Below, in pieces: positions 1 through 10,459 of a stretch of DNA of 64,000 nucleotides. Each line of letters starts with the position of its first letter. Positions within the stretch are counted from its first letter, which is position 1. This DNA is from Microbotryum violaceum. Its lineage: Eukaryota. Under the pieces are notes generated by a model that had not been told where the DNA came from, searched no databases, and saw only the letters and a list, made by a program, of their open reading frames with translations. The stretch lies in assembly GCA_001244265.2 (NCBI GenBank), contig CDLV01000021.1, positions 1 through 64,000 of the forward strand. The letters are read 5' to 3'. Made by a program: the position numbers and the translations under genes.

Positions 1-104
1 GATTCACGGAAGACAACATTGCGGCTGAGTTGTATCCTGCGCGTGGACGGCTCGAAGAGTCGGAAAGCCTTGGCATGGTGGTCAAAACCAACGAACAGGG
101 GGGG
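1..104 (-). mobile_element. Copia family A copy A1, integrase C-terminal part continuing left of the Gypsy insertion (runs off the window)
   Basis: Reverse complement matches A-family internal sequence at ~27225-27330 (..FVGFD.HAKAFRLFEPSTRRIQLSRNVVFRE..) and resumes the A1 ORF broken at 7383 (..DPKAVP). Confidence 0.9.
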
Positions 105-671
105 TGGCAGGCAACGTCCTCTTCAGAAGACGTTGACTACACGCGGAGGAGGGATCAGGCCGAAGGAAGGTCGACTGGGCGGCGGCAGGCGACCGAGGGA
201 CAACCGAGGAGGGACGCGGTTGCGAGGCTCGCAGCAAGTCAAGTATATCGGACTTTATTGCCAACGAGATCGAAAACGAAGGATGAAGGTGAAGGGATCT
301 TGGGAGATGTAGCGGACCAGCCTGAGTGGAAGGTCCAAAAACAAAAGGGAGCACTCAGGCCCAGAGGGGACTTAGCCAATTCAGCTACTCCAAGAGGTCG
401 CCTCAGGGGGAAAAAGGGTTGCTCGCGGAGCACCAGTAAAAAACCCTGAGCCGCGCCTCAGCTAACAAAAAGACAAAAAACCGAGAGAAGATTGCGCTCT
501 GCGCGCTTCGAACCTGCGACCATCAAGTGCGCGCCGCGCGCCGAACGACTACGCCATCGCGCCCACAATGCTTGAACGGAGGGAAGCATATGGTGACCTC
601 AACTCTACCTTCACATTACCTCAGGGACTTCCTTCGAGTGTTGCTGTCAGTGTACCGCTGTTTGCCTGACA
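105..671 (-). repeat. Gypsy 3' LTR
   Basis: Direct repeat of 6810-7382; TG..CA termini; preceded on the minus strand by purine tract GGGGGGACAA (672-681, PPT). Confidence 0.95.
493..564 (-). ncRNA. Degenerate tRNA-like / Pol III type-2 promoter unit inside the Gypsy LTR (second copy 7203-7275)
   Basis: 72-nt minus-strand segment with A-box-like TGGCGTAGTCG, B-box-like GGTTCGAAGC after GGTC-GCA, and a T6 run about 12 nt downstream; stems are poor, so not a functional tRNA. Confidence 0.5.
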
Positions 672-691
672 TTGTCCCCCCAGAAGGAAGT

Positions 692-3600
692 CTACCGGGA
701 GGACAGGCGGCGATTCGAGCGATCGAGTTGCGCAAGGTAGGTGTCGAGTAGGGATGGATGGTCGAAGCGGAGGGACTGCTCTGACATCCAAGTGTCATCG
801 ATGTCCTTACGGCCAATCCATCGCACCAAGAACGAGCGAATGCCCCGAGCGTTCCGACGATCGCGAACAATCCGTTCCGGGATGGCAGAGTTGTCGGCCG
901 CGTCGGCTACATCTTCAACAAAAAGAACTGCGGGGTCACGCCCAGGGAACCTCTCAGCATCGTTCTCAACATAGGGGCGAAGCAGTCGAGCATGGAAGCG
1001 ACTGTGCACTCGCGACATTGCTGGGGAAGCTCGAGGTCGTAACTGGACGTCGCTGGAATGGCCGCTCGGATACGGAAAGGACCAATGTAGCGCGGCAACA
1101 ACTTCGACTTCATCCCTTCAGGAACTGCCAGGTTCTTGGTCGAAAGATAGACATAACTGCCGGTCCGAAAGGCGGGGTCATCCGGGCGTCGATGCTTGTT
1201 GGCCTGGTGAGTCTGATCGAGGCGTGCACCAATGATCGCATCCGTGACGTCAAGATTCCGCAATTGTCGGATCCGGGCAAACGCTTCCGCACGCGGGACA
1301 TCCGAGACAGACCAGGAATCGGTGGGCCAGCGTCGAGGAAGGTAACCGTAAGTCGCCTCGAAAGCCGACAGAGACGTGGAAACAGCAACGGAAGAGTTAA
1401 GAGCGAACTCAGCTTCAACAAGACGAGATGCCCAAGCCTCGTGGTTTGACGACACCATGATGCGCAGGGTTTGGGTGACCATCTTGATTCGGTTCTCACT
1501 CGATCCGTCGGTCTCTGGTGCGCCGCTGTTGACATCCGCAAGACAGTGCCGACCTTTGCCTGCAATGCTCGCCAAAACTGCGAGGTGAACTTGGATCACG
1601 GTCGGAAACGATGGCGGAAGGCGTCCCATGCAGTCGAAAGATGGTGGCGTAGTACCTGTCGGCAACGAGCTCGGAGTCGGCGTCGGCTGGGAGGGGAATC
1701 AGGTGGACCATCTTGCCCAAGTGTCAGTGACCACCATGATTTGAGCGACCATCATCCCTTCGAACTCGACCGGAGGCAGTCCCGTCATGAAGTCGATGGC
1801 CACTTGTTCCCATGGGCCAGAAGGGATCGGCATCGATGCAGTCGGCCATAAGGGACTTGAGTGGACGCTTTGCCTCGGGCACAATCTTCGCATGAATGGC
1901 AGAACTTGGCGCAATCGGCAGACATGGACGACCACCAATACAAAGGACGTATGGCGGCCAGGGTGATGCGATGTCCCGCATGCCCGACACTCCGATGGAT
2001 CTCCGAAAGCACGAGTTCGCGCAGCGATGGGACCTTGTCGGAGTCGACGACACCGGTAGCGAGACCGCGAGGCACAAACAGGGAAAGAGACTCATCTGGA
2101 TGTACACGCAAGATCCTCCTTCCTCGGTCACCCGAAACATCGGCCATGACAGCGGGTCGTCAACAATGACTTGGGCTTGCGAATCATGGGCGTAGGCTCG
2201 GATGACGGCGTCGAGGAAAGGTTGCGGCCGCGGCCGGGCGGTCGATGGACTACAGGGGCGTCGTTGACCTCATCGGCGGCGGCTCCCAGTAAGTCGAGTT
2301 CATCGGCGTCGGCATCGACTGGAATGGGCGCGTCGTTGGCGGGGGCCGCGGCGATAGCCTGAACTCGATTGACGGCGATGGAGGAGAAAGGGGGCCGGTA
2401 GAAGAGTCGACGGTGTCCATAATGTTCTCGGCCAGACGATGGAACCGGGAGAGCCAGGTGTAGTGAACTCGTGGCATTCTTCCTTCAAGAACAAATTCCC
2501 TAAATCCCGTCCATTCACGTCCTCGTCTTGCGATTCGTCCTTGAGCGCGTAGTATCCGGGAGAGCCTGCCTCGCAATCGTCGCGTTGGGGCCCGAAGGCA
2601 AAATCAACAGGAGGCAACCGATCGGGAGATGGTGAGGTGTAAGGACGTTCCTCAGGGAGGCTCTCACCGTGTGTAGTGAATCCGTGGCGTTCTCCATCAA
2701 AGAACATATCCTCCAACTCATTCTCCTTGACCTGATCCTCGGCGATCCTTCTTTGACTTCCCACAAGCGTGACAACGAATCGGCAAGGGAGTTGTTCTTG
2801 CCCGCAATGAATTCGAATTCGAAGTCGAAACGGCTGAGTTCGAGACACATGCGGATGTGCCTGGGTGTTTGGCGTAACTTCTGCGTTTTAATCGTGCGAA
2901 GGGCTTGGTGGTCGGTGACGATGACGAAGGGGTAACCGATCAAGTGCTGCTCGAACGCCCGACACGCCGAAACGACGGCTAGGAACTCCTTATCAGTGAC
3001 GTGATAATTGAGCTGAGCGCCATTGAACTTAGCGGAGAAGAATCGCGTAGGAACGGCCTGCGAACGAGTGGGCCCGAAGCCAGGCAAGCGCCAATGCCAA
3101 CACGACTGGCATCGGTGAACAAGTAAATCTTGTGCTCGCCGGAGGTGACCTTAGCGCCGTCGATCGTCGCAGTGTTGCTGGCACGAGGGACTTGACGGTG
3201 TCGAAGGCCTGCTGCTCGTGCTCGTTCCAACGCCACGACGTCGATTGCGCCAATAATGCGGTGATGGGCTCCAAGGTGATCGAGAGGTGGGGCAGGTGAT
3301 CTCGCATCCAATTCACGGTGCCGAGGAAACGCTGAACGTCGGTCTTGTTGTGTGGAGTCGGCCACTGTCGGATACGCTCCCACTTGGCGGGGTCGACCTC
3401 GATGCCGTCGTCGGAGATGATCGCGCCCAAGGAATCTAACGACTTTGAGAACCACTCGGATTTGTTGGATCCTAAGTAGAACCGGTAGTGCCGCAGTGTC
3501 ATCAGCAAAATCTCGATGTGTCTCAAGTGCGCGCGACGCGTATCGGAATGGACGTGAACGTCGTCGAAAAAGATCTTCGCAAACGAGAGGCACGGCTGGA

Positions 3601-6542
3601 ACATTGCTGACGTCAACAGGTTTAGGTGTTGGGGGCATTGGTGTCACCGAACTGCATCACCCGCGACGTGTACGTGCCCGTGACCGTGGCGAAACCGGTG
3701 CGATCGACGTGCTCGGTATGACCCGCACCTGCTCAAACGCTGCGGCCACGTCGAATTTGGACCGGTAGCGTGAACGAGCCACTTCGTAGCGAACACTGGT
3801 CATGTCGGGGATGGGTGAAAAACGCTTGGCGGTGTTGCTGTTGCGAGCGCGGAGGTCGATCACAAAACGCGCGTCTGGGAGTTCTTTTTCGGAATGGCGA
3901 AGACCGGAGCCGCAGAGTCGATCGGACCAGAAACCCAGAAGCGACCGCGAGTGTACTTAGCTGAATGCTCCGCCCACTGGCTACGATATTTGTCGGCAAG
4001 GGGATAGACCCTCGCTTGACCTTCTCGTTGGGGTCGATCAAAGGGATTTCGTGATTGACGGGTCGATAAGGCGGGAGTCGGTCCATTGGGAGCGAATCTA
4101 CGAACACATCAGAGTATTTCTCGAGTAAGGCAGCCAATCGTGTTCGTGCTTCGGACTCAGACAAATCCTCGAGCGCCGGGTCGTCTACGACATCCAGCAG
4201 AGGGTTGTGCGGCTCGAGGCCAATGATCTCGTCGTCAGGAAGCAACCCTGGGTGATCGTAGCCAATGGCAGAACCGGAACAGATGGGCGCCACCGTGACT
4301 GCGCGATCCCACTCGTGAGTGCCCTTGGCGACCGGCTGCGAAGGGCCCGGCCGTGCGACGGTGAAGACGCCCCAGCCTACCAGCATGCCGGTGTCCTTCA
4401 GAAACGGCAAACCCAGGATAGCATCATATGCCGTCACACGGCAAATGAAAAACGCCCGCAAGCCGAGGTCGAGGGAACCGGACGTGAAGAGGACGTTGGC
4501 AAACACGGCGCAGCGGTCAGATTTGTCGCGAGTGCCGAGGCGCAAGTGCAGCGGCGCGGTAAGGCGGGACGTCGTGAAACTCGGGTCTGTTCGCACGACA
4601 TCCTGATCCACCAAGTCCACTTCCGAACCAGAGTCGACGAGGCAACGCAGCGTTCGCCCAGACGGCAACGTCCACGCAATAATATTGCGGGCGCGCACAA
4701 TCGCGGGCTCGGCGGGTCGGGCGAAGTCGTCGACGTCGATCAGGGGCGTGTCGGACTCCAAGAGAGAAACCCCCAACGGCACCGGAACACGAACAGAGCT
4801 CACCGATGCAGTCCTCTCCGCTTTGCGCGACGAGACCACCTCCGGCCCCCAGTATCGCCGCATTCGCGACGCGGCATCAGCATAAGAGGGGACGTCTTCC
4901 ACCGCGTCAAACGCAGAGTCGGTCGAGTCATCGGCAAGACGACGTAGATCTGCATCACTTGCCGGCGCGGTTGGCTGCGGATTACTTGATGAGACTTCGA
5001 CGTCGACTGAAGAAGAAGCCCCTTCTTTCATTCGGCCAACGGGGTCTGCGGGAGGGCAAGAAGGGCGCGTCATGGAAGCGGAAACGGAACTCAAAGGTCG
5101 AGTCTGAACACGCTCGAGTGAAATGGGGACTCTCACCTCGGGATCCTCGTCACCACCTGCGACCGAGGACCAATCTTCGTCATCCAAGTCGGCCACAGCG
5201 ACCGCTGAGAGTTGGACGGCGACCGGGATTGACGCTCCGCGGTGCAGTGCGGCGAGAAATGACCGCCTCGTCCGCAGTTGAAGCAAGCCATGCTGGGGGG
5301 TACCCCGCTGGGCGCCGGGGAAAACCAGGTGGAGCGGTCCTTCCACAAGTGCGATTGCTGCCACTTAGTAGCGCGGTCGACCCATCGAGCTCGTCGGATC
5401 TGGAACCTCTCGTCGACGGTGGGCGTGTTGGTCGCAGGTGGGCTCACTCGGGGAGCTTTGACGATCGCGCCATAGGTCGCGGTGCGGCTTGGTGGGGTCG
5501 GAACCGAAGGCGGAGGAGAAATGTCGTCGGCGATAGCGGCCCACTCGGTAATCTCGTCGATGGACGGAACCTTCAGTCCGAATCGCCCAATTGTGACCAG
5601 CGAGTTGTCGTGGTATTCACGTAACATTCCCGCCCGCACTTCCCGCTTGGAGGAGTCACTGAGCGATTGGTAGAAGGTCGTGGCGAGCTGAAGCGGCGAC
5701 AGGGTGAAACTATCGTTGTCGTGCACGAAGGCACGGTACCGCGCCCGCCACTCCCGACATGGTCGTAAGCCCGAGACGACGACTGGCGACATCCGTGGAA
5801 GTCTTGAGCCACTCTATCGGCGAACCCGGGGTCGGGCCAACGACGTCCCACTGCCTTCATGAGCGACGTCCAACAATGAGGGCGCCCTTCTCCAAGCGCG
5901 TCCCTCATCGCCTCGACGGCCCAATCGAGCGGGGATTGGCGGCGCTGTCGGTTGTCGTACGAGAAAATAGCGTCGCCACAAGCTGGATCACTCGGCTCGT
6001 GTCGAAAAGGTCGGAGGTGGAGATGTCGCACAAGAGAGAAAGATACGACTCCCCAAACGCAGTGAAAATCACCAACCTTTCCGGATGATCTCCGGTCCAT
6101 AACCCTTCCCGGTCCGGCGATGTCCCTCTCCAACGAGAGCTAATCACCGCCGAGGAAGGGCCGTCCCTAATTCCGCTGTGAGATTCCCCCCAGGGGTACG
6201 AGCAAGGGGTCAGCGGCAGCTCCCGGGCGTCCCAAAAATGTGTGCGGGGGGACGTCCAGGGGACCGGTCTCACCGGCAGAGCCTCCCCGACCTGCGCCCC
6301 AGCAGGTGCGGTGGATTCTCTCATCAATCGTTCCACCATCTGCTCCAATTTGCGGATGCGTGTCTCCGAGTCGCGGCGCAGGGCTTCCGATTCTGCGAGG
6401 CGGGATTCAAGGGACGTGATGACGGCGGCGGCCTGGAGCGGGTGCGGCGAGTGCGTCGGCGGGGACTTAGGCGGATTCGCGCGCGAGGGGTCTTCGCGGA
6501 CGGGGCGGTGGTGTCTCGCGACGTGTCGGTGGGTTCGGCCAT
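692..6542 (-). pseudogene. Gypsy gag-pol polyprotein (frameshifted)
   Basis: CCHC knuckle CFNCGRGGHFSPHC (~5245-5290); protease LVDSGSE (~4620); RT IFFDD (~3560); RNase H FTDAS..NYHVTDKEFLAVV..TDHQAL (~2780-3125); integrase H..VGH..C..C, IDFMTGLP, SDRDP, GPF (~1050-2010); chromodomain FLVRWIG..DDTW (~740-870); split over many frames. Confidence 0.9.
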
Positions 6543-6809
6543 GGCGAGTTCGCGGCTTAGCGGTTGGCGGTTGTGGGGAGAACGGATGCGAGCTCGAGAA
6601 GGATGGAAGAAGGGGTACGAAGGGATGACGCGTTCGTCGTCGGACTCAGTGAATGAGGTGGCGAATGACCACGACGCGTCAGCGGGGATGAGTTCGGCAA
6701 CGGGGAGGAAGCTGACGACTCAGGGGTAGTGGACGATTGCTCGTCCAGGATGCAGGATAGAGCAAGGGCAAGCGAGATCGAAGGTTGGCGGTGCCGAACT
6801 TGAAAAAAG

Positions 6810-7382
6810 TGGCAGGCAACGTCCTCTTCAGAAGACGTTGACTACACGCGGAGGAGGGGATCAGGCCGAAGGAAGGTCGACTGGGCGGCGGCAGGCGACC
6901 GAGGGACAACCGAGGAGGGGACGCGGTTGCGAGGCTCGCAGCAAGTCAAGTATATCGGACTTTATTGCCAACGAGATCGAAAACGAAGGATGAAGGTGAA
7001 GGGATCTTGGGAGATGTAGCGGACCAGCCTGAGTGGAAGGTCCAAAAACAAAAGGGAGGCACTCAGGCCCAGAGGGGACTTAGCCAATTCAGCTACTCCA
7101 AGAGGTCGCCTCAGGGGGAAAAAGGGTTGCTCGCGGGAGCACCAGTAAAAAACCCTGAGGCCGCGCCTCAGCTAACAAAAAGACAAAAAACCGAGAGAAG
7201 ATTGCGCTCTGCGCGCTTCGAACCTGCGACCATCAAGTGCGCGCCCGCGCGCCGAACGACTACGCCATCGCGCCCACAATGCTTGAACGGAGGGAAGCAT
7301 ATGGTGACCTCAACTCTACCTTCACATTACCTCAGGGACTTCCTTCGAGTGTTGCTGTCAGTGTACCGCTGTTTGCCTGACA
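6810..7382 (-). repeat. Gypsy 5' LTR
   Basis: Direct repeat of 105-671, upstream of gag on the minus strand. Confidence 0.95.
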
Positions 7383-9475
7383 AGGGGTACAGCCTTGGGG
7401 TCAAGGTCCGTGCGCTTGGCCGAGGGAAGGTGGTGCCAAGCGCGGCAGCCAAATGCGCGAAGAGTGGAGATATCAGGCGCAAAGCCGTGCCAACGGGTGT
7501 CGGGGATCTCACCACCAATGCCGGCGTGAGGCATCAGGTTTTTGCAGTGCACGTAGTACAAGGCAGCCTCACCCCAGAGGCGTGAATCAGCGCCAGAGGA
7601 GTAGAGCAGAGCAAGGATACCCTCCTTGATGGTGCGATTGCTGCGCTCGACACGCCCATTTTGTTGGGGTGTGTAAGGGATAGTGAGTTCCCGACGAATG
7701 CCTTTGCTTGTACAGAAGTCGACAAAGTTGCGCAGAGTGAACTCGCCTCCATTGTCAGAGCGGATGGTCTTCACCTTGTTGCCGGTGGCATTCTCGACTT
7801 CAAGGATCCAGTTGCGAAGGCGAGGGAAGACGTCACTTTTGAGTGCCAGGAGGATACACCAGTGCTTGCGAGAGAAGTCATCAATGATGACCAGCATGTA
7901 CCGATGTCCACCAAATGTAGGGCGAGGCATTTGCGCTACATCGACATGGAGGAGATCCAGGCGGCCAGAGGCAATGGACTTGGACCGGGCAAAGGGGAGG
8001 GCATGCGCTTTGGAAGCGAGACAAGCATTGCAGTAAAAATCCCGGAGCTCCTGATCCTTATACACCCAATCCACCCCAGTAACCAAGCCTTTCTGCACAA
8101 TGGTTTTGATTTGCGCAACGGGCAAGTGCGCGAGGCGACGGTGCAGAGTCAGCAAGGACACTTTGGTAGGGATGGCGAGGAGGGCTTTGGGCGTACAGGG
8201 TGTAGGTCCAAGTGCCAAGGCGTACAGGTTGTTCCCGATGGCTTGAGCGGTAGCGACGACGGCACCCGAGGGACGGGCGATGCTTGCACAACGAGATGCG
8301 AAGGAGACGCGGTAGCCAAGTTGATCCAACTGGAAGACGGACAGCAGGTTGCACGGGAGATCCGGTACGAGGAGGACATTGGACACGGTGATCGGACCCG
8401 TTGAAGTCTGGATGCAAATGGTGCCGCAACCGGTGGAAGGGAGGGAGCCGGCGACACCTCCAACTCGTGGGCCTGCGACCGTGCGAAGCTCGGAAAAAAG
8501 GCCCCGGTCGTTCGTCATATGGCGATTAGCGCCCGAGTCAAGGAGCCAAGCCGATTTGCGAAATGGCGAAGGTGTTGCGAGGAGACAGGCCGTGAACGAC
8601 ACAGAGTTGGGTGTGTCCACTGCGGCTGGTGACGCGACTGGCTGGGAGGCCTTCTTCTCGGCGGTGCGACGAGCTCGGTAGGCGGCGGCCCAGGCGGTGT
8701 CGGGGCATTCCCGGAGCCAGTGCAACTTGCGACAAGACGGATTTGGGCACGGCCTTGAACAGCCGTGGCGGGCCTGCGGGGCGGCGACGGCGGCAACAGG
8801 AGTATCGACGGGGCGGGCTTTGACATCGCGGTAAAGGCGCGTGAAGATCTCGGTGGCGGAGGGCATTGCAGTGGAATCGCCCTGGTCAGCAACGAAGGTG
8901 GTGCGCCAGGCGTCGAAGGACGAAGGAAGGCGAGCAAGCAAGTGCGAGGCGAGAAGGGCGTTCACGGTGACCTGCGAGTCCTGCAGCAGCCGGGCGTCGT
9001 TTTCGAAACTGTTGCGGAATTGCAGGAACAGGTCGGGAGTGACGGGCACAGGGTCGGAGCTGAAGAGGCGTTGGATGACCGGTAGCAGATCGACAGCAGA
9101 GACGGTGCCGTAGCGTTCGCGAAGTGCCTGCCAGACCTTGGGTGCTGCGAGCGGTTCGTCGAGGTAAGGTGACAGGCCCGGGAGGACAGTTTGCGAATCG
9201 ACGGAGGCGCAAATGGAGGAGCAGGCGTAGTGGTCCCAGAGAGGGACATACGAAGCAGGCCAAGACTCGAGTGGTACGCCCGTGTTGAGGTAACGGACGA
9301 CGCCAGAGGGCAGGCGCGAACGGATGGCGAGGACCCAGTCTCGGTAGCCGGACGAGTTGCGAAGCAGCTCGGTCGTTGCAAAGGCCGCAGAGTGGGTGGG
9401 CGGGCGCAAGGGCGGCGCATCGGGCGTGGGCTCGCGGAGCTTGGCTTCAGGCGCGGAGGCGCCGGCGTCGGACAT
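7383..9475 (-). CDS. Copia A1 Gag-protease-integrase, interrupted by the Gypsy element
   Basis: Open ~700 aa: Cys/His knuckle CPNPSCRKLHWLREC, protease WLLDSGANRHM, LHRRLAH..CNAC, integrase LLHVD..RSDNGGEF..PQQNGRVER. Confidence 0.92.
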
Positions 9476-10059
9476 GTTGCGAAGGGTGAAAAAGTAGAGC
9501 GAAGGGCGGGCACGGAGGTGGCCGCACTGGTAGCTCGGTTGGGCTAATAACCTGTGATGTTGTCACGCCTGCTCAAGCGGTGGTAAGTCTCTGATCGAAG
9601 GACCAAGGGAGACCAGACCAAGAAGTTGCTTCTTACACACCTGCTCAAGCGGTGGTAAGTCTCTGATCGAAGGACCAAGGGAGACCAGACCAAGAAGTTG
9701 CTTCTTACACACCTGCTCAAGCACTACAGTAAGTTACCGCATCTAGAAGGGTGAAAGATGATAGGAAGAGTAGTGCTCACCTGCTCAAGCGGTGGTAAGT
9801 CTCTGATCGAAGGACCAAGGGAGACCAGACCAAGAAGTTGCTTGAGCAGGAGAGAAACCAGAGTGGGGCCATTTGGCTGGGCCCAAGTCAGCCCAGCCAA
9901 AGTCAGGCGCACGGACCTGGCCCAGGTGCAGAGACCAGGCCCAGAGTGGGAGAGCTAAGGTGGTGAAAAGTAGGCCAAAAGTGATCAAAACGAAGAGAGG
10001 AGGATGTTGAGGTAGGTACAAGATACAAGAAGGACATGAAGGAGATATTTGATCTCACA
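7383..10059 (-). mobile_element. Ty1/Copia family A copy A1 (5' LTR 9553-10059, PBS 9541-9552, gag-PR-IN)
   Basis: LTR TGTGAGATC...CATCACA followed by GGTTATTAGCCC; ORF 9475>7383. Confidence 0.95.
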
Positions 10060-10459
10060 CCCCTTGCCTCTTGGCTGGGTCCGTGCACTTGGCACTGGGG
10101 CACGGACCTGGTTGCGCACTTGCCCCAGCCAACTGGTTCCGCGCTTCTCACTCTCCTGCTCAAGCAACTTCATTGGTCTGGTCTCCCTGGTCCGTCGATC
10201 AGAGACTCACCACCGCTTGAGCAGGTGAGCACTACACTTTCTAGTTCCTCTCTCCCTTCCATAGCCATGGTAACTTACTGTAGCACTTGAGCAGGTGTGT
10301 AATCCCAAGCAACTTCATTGGTCTGGTCTCCCTGGTCCGTCGATCAGAGACTCACCACCGCTTGAGCAGGTGTGTAATCCTAAGCAACTTCATTGGTCTG
10401 GTCTCCCTGGTCCGTCGATCAGAGACTCACCACCGCTTGAGCAGTTGTGCGGTTTCATA
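10060..10459 (+). repeat. 5'-truncated LTR of an A-related Copia subfamily (A'), opposite orientation, target of the A1 insertion
   Basis: Three ~75-nt units homologous to the A-LTR units (ctggtctccctggtccgtcgatcagagactcaccaccgcttgagcag); ends GGTTTCATA where host A2 sequence (ACTTGGACC) resumes. Confidence 0.8.

Larger units (their letters stand above)
105..7382 (-). mobile_element. Full-length Ty3/Gypsy chromovirus LTR retrotransposon inserted into Copia A1
   Basis: Near-identical LTRs 105-671 and 6810-7382 (minus strand TGTCAGGCAA...TTGCCTGCCA); flanks GGGGG/AGGGG (5-bp TSD, one mismatch); domain order gag-PR-RT-RH-IN-chromodomain. Confidence 0.95.

Noticed and set aside
6795-6809. Gypsy PBS region (CTTTTTTCAAGT) could pair with LTR sequence ACTCGAAGGAAG, as in Tf1-like self-priming
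   Set aside because: Needs two G-U pairs and a mismatch, and the partner lies ~35 nt from the LTR 5' edge rather than at a known transcript start; no tRNA PBS was recognised either, so priming is unresolved
9553-9850. Repeats of ~70 nt with spacers, superficially like a CRISPR array
   Set aside because: Units are near-identical with no unique spacers, lie inside Copia LTRs, and the context is eukaryotic with no cas genes
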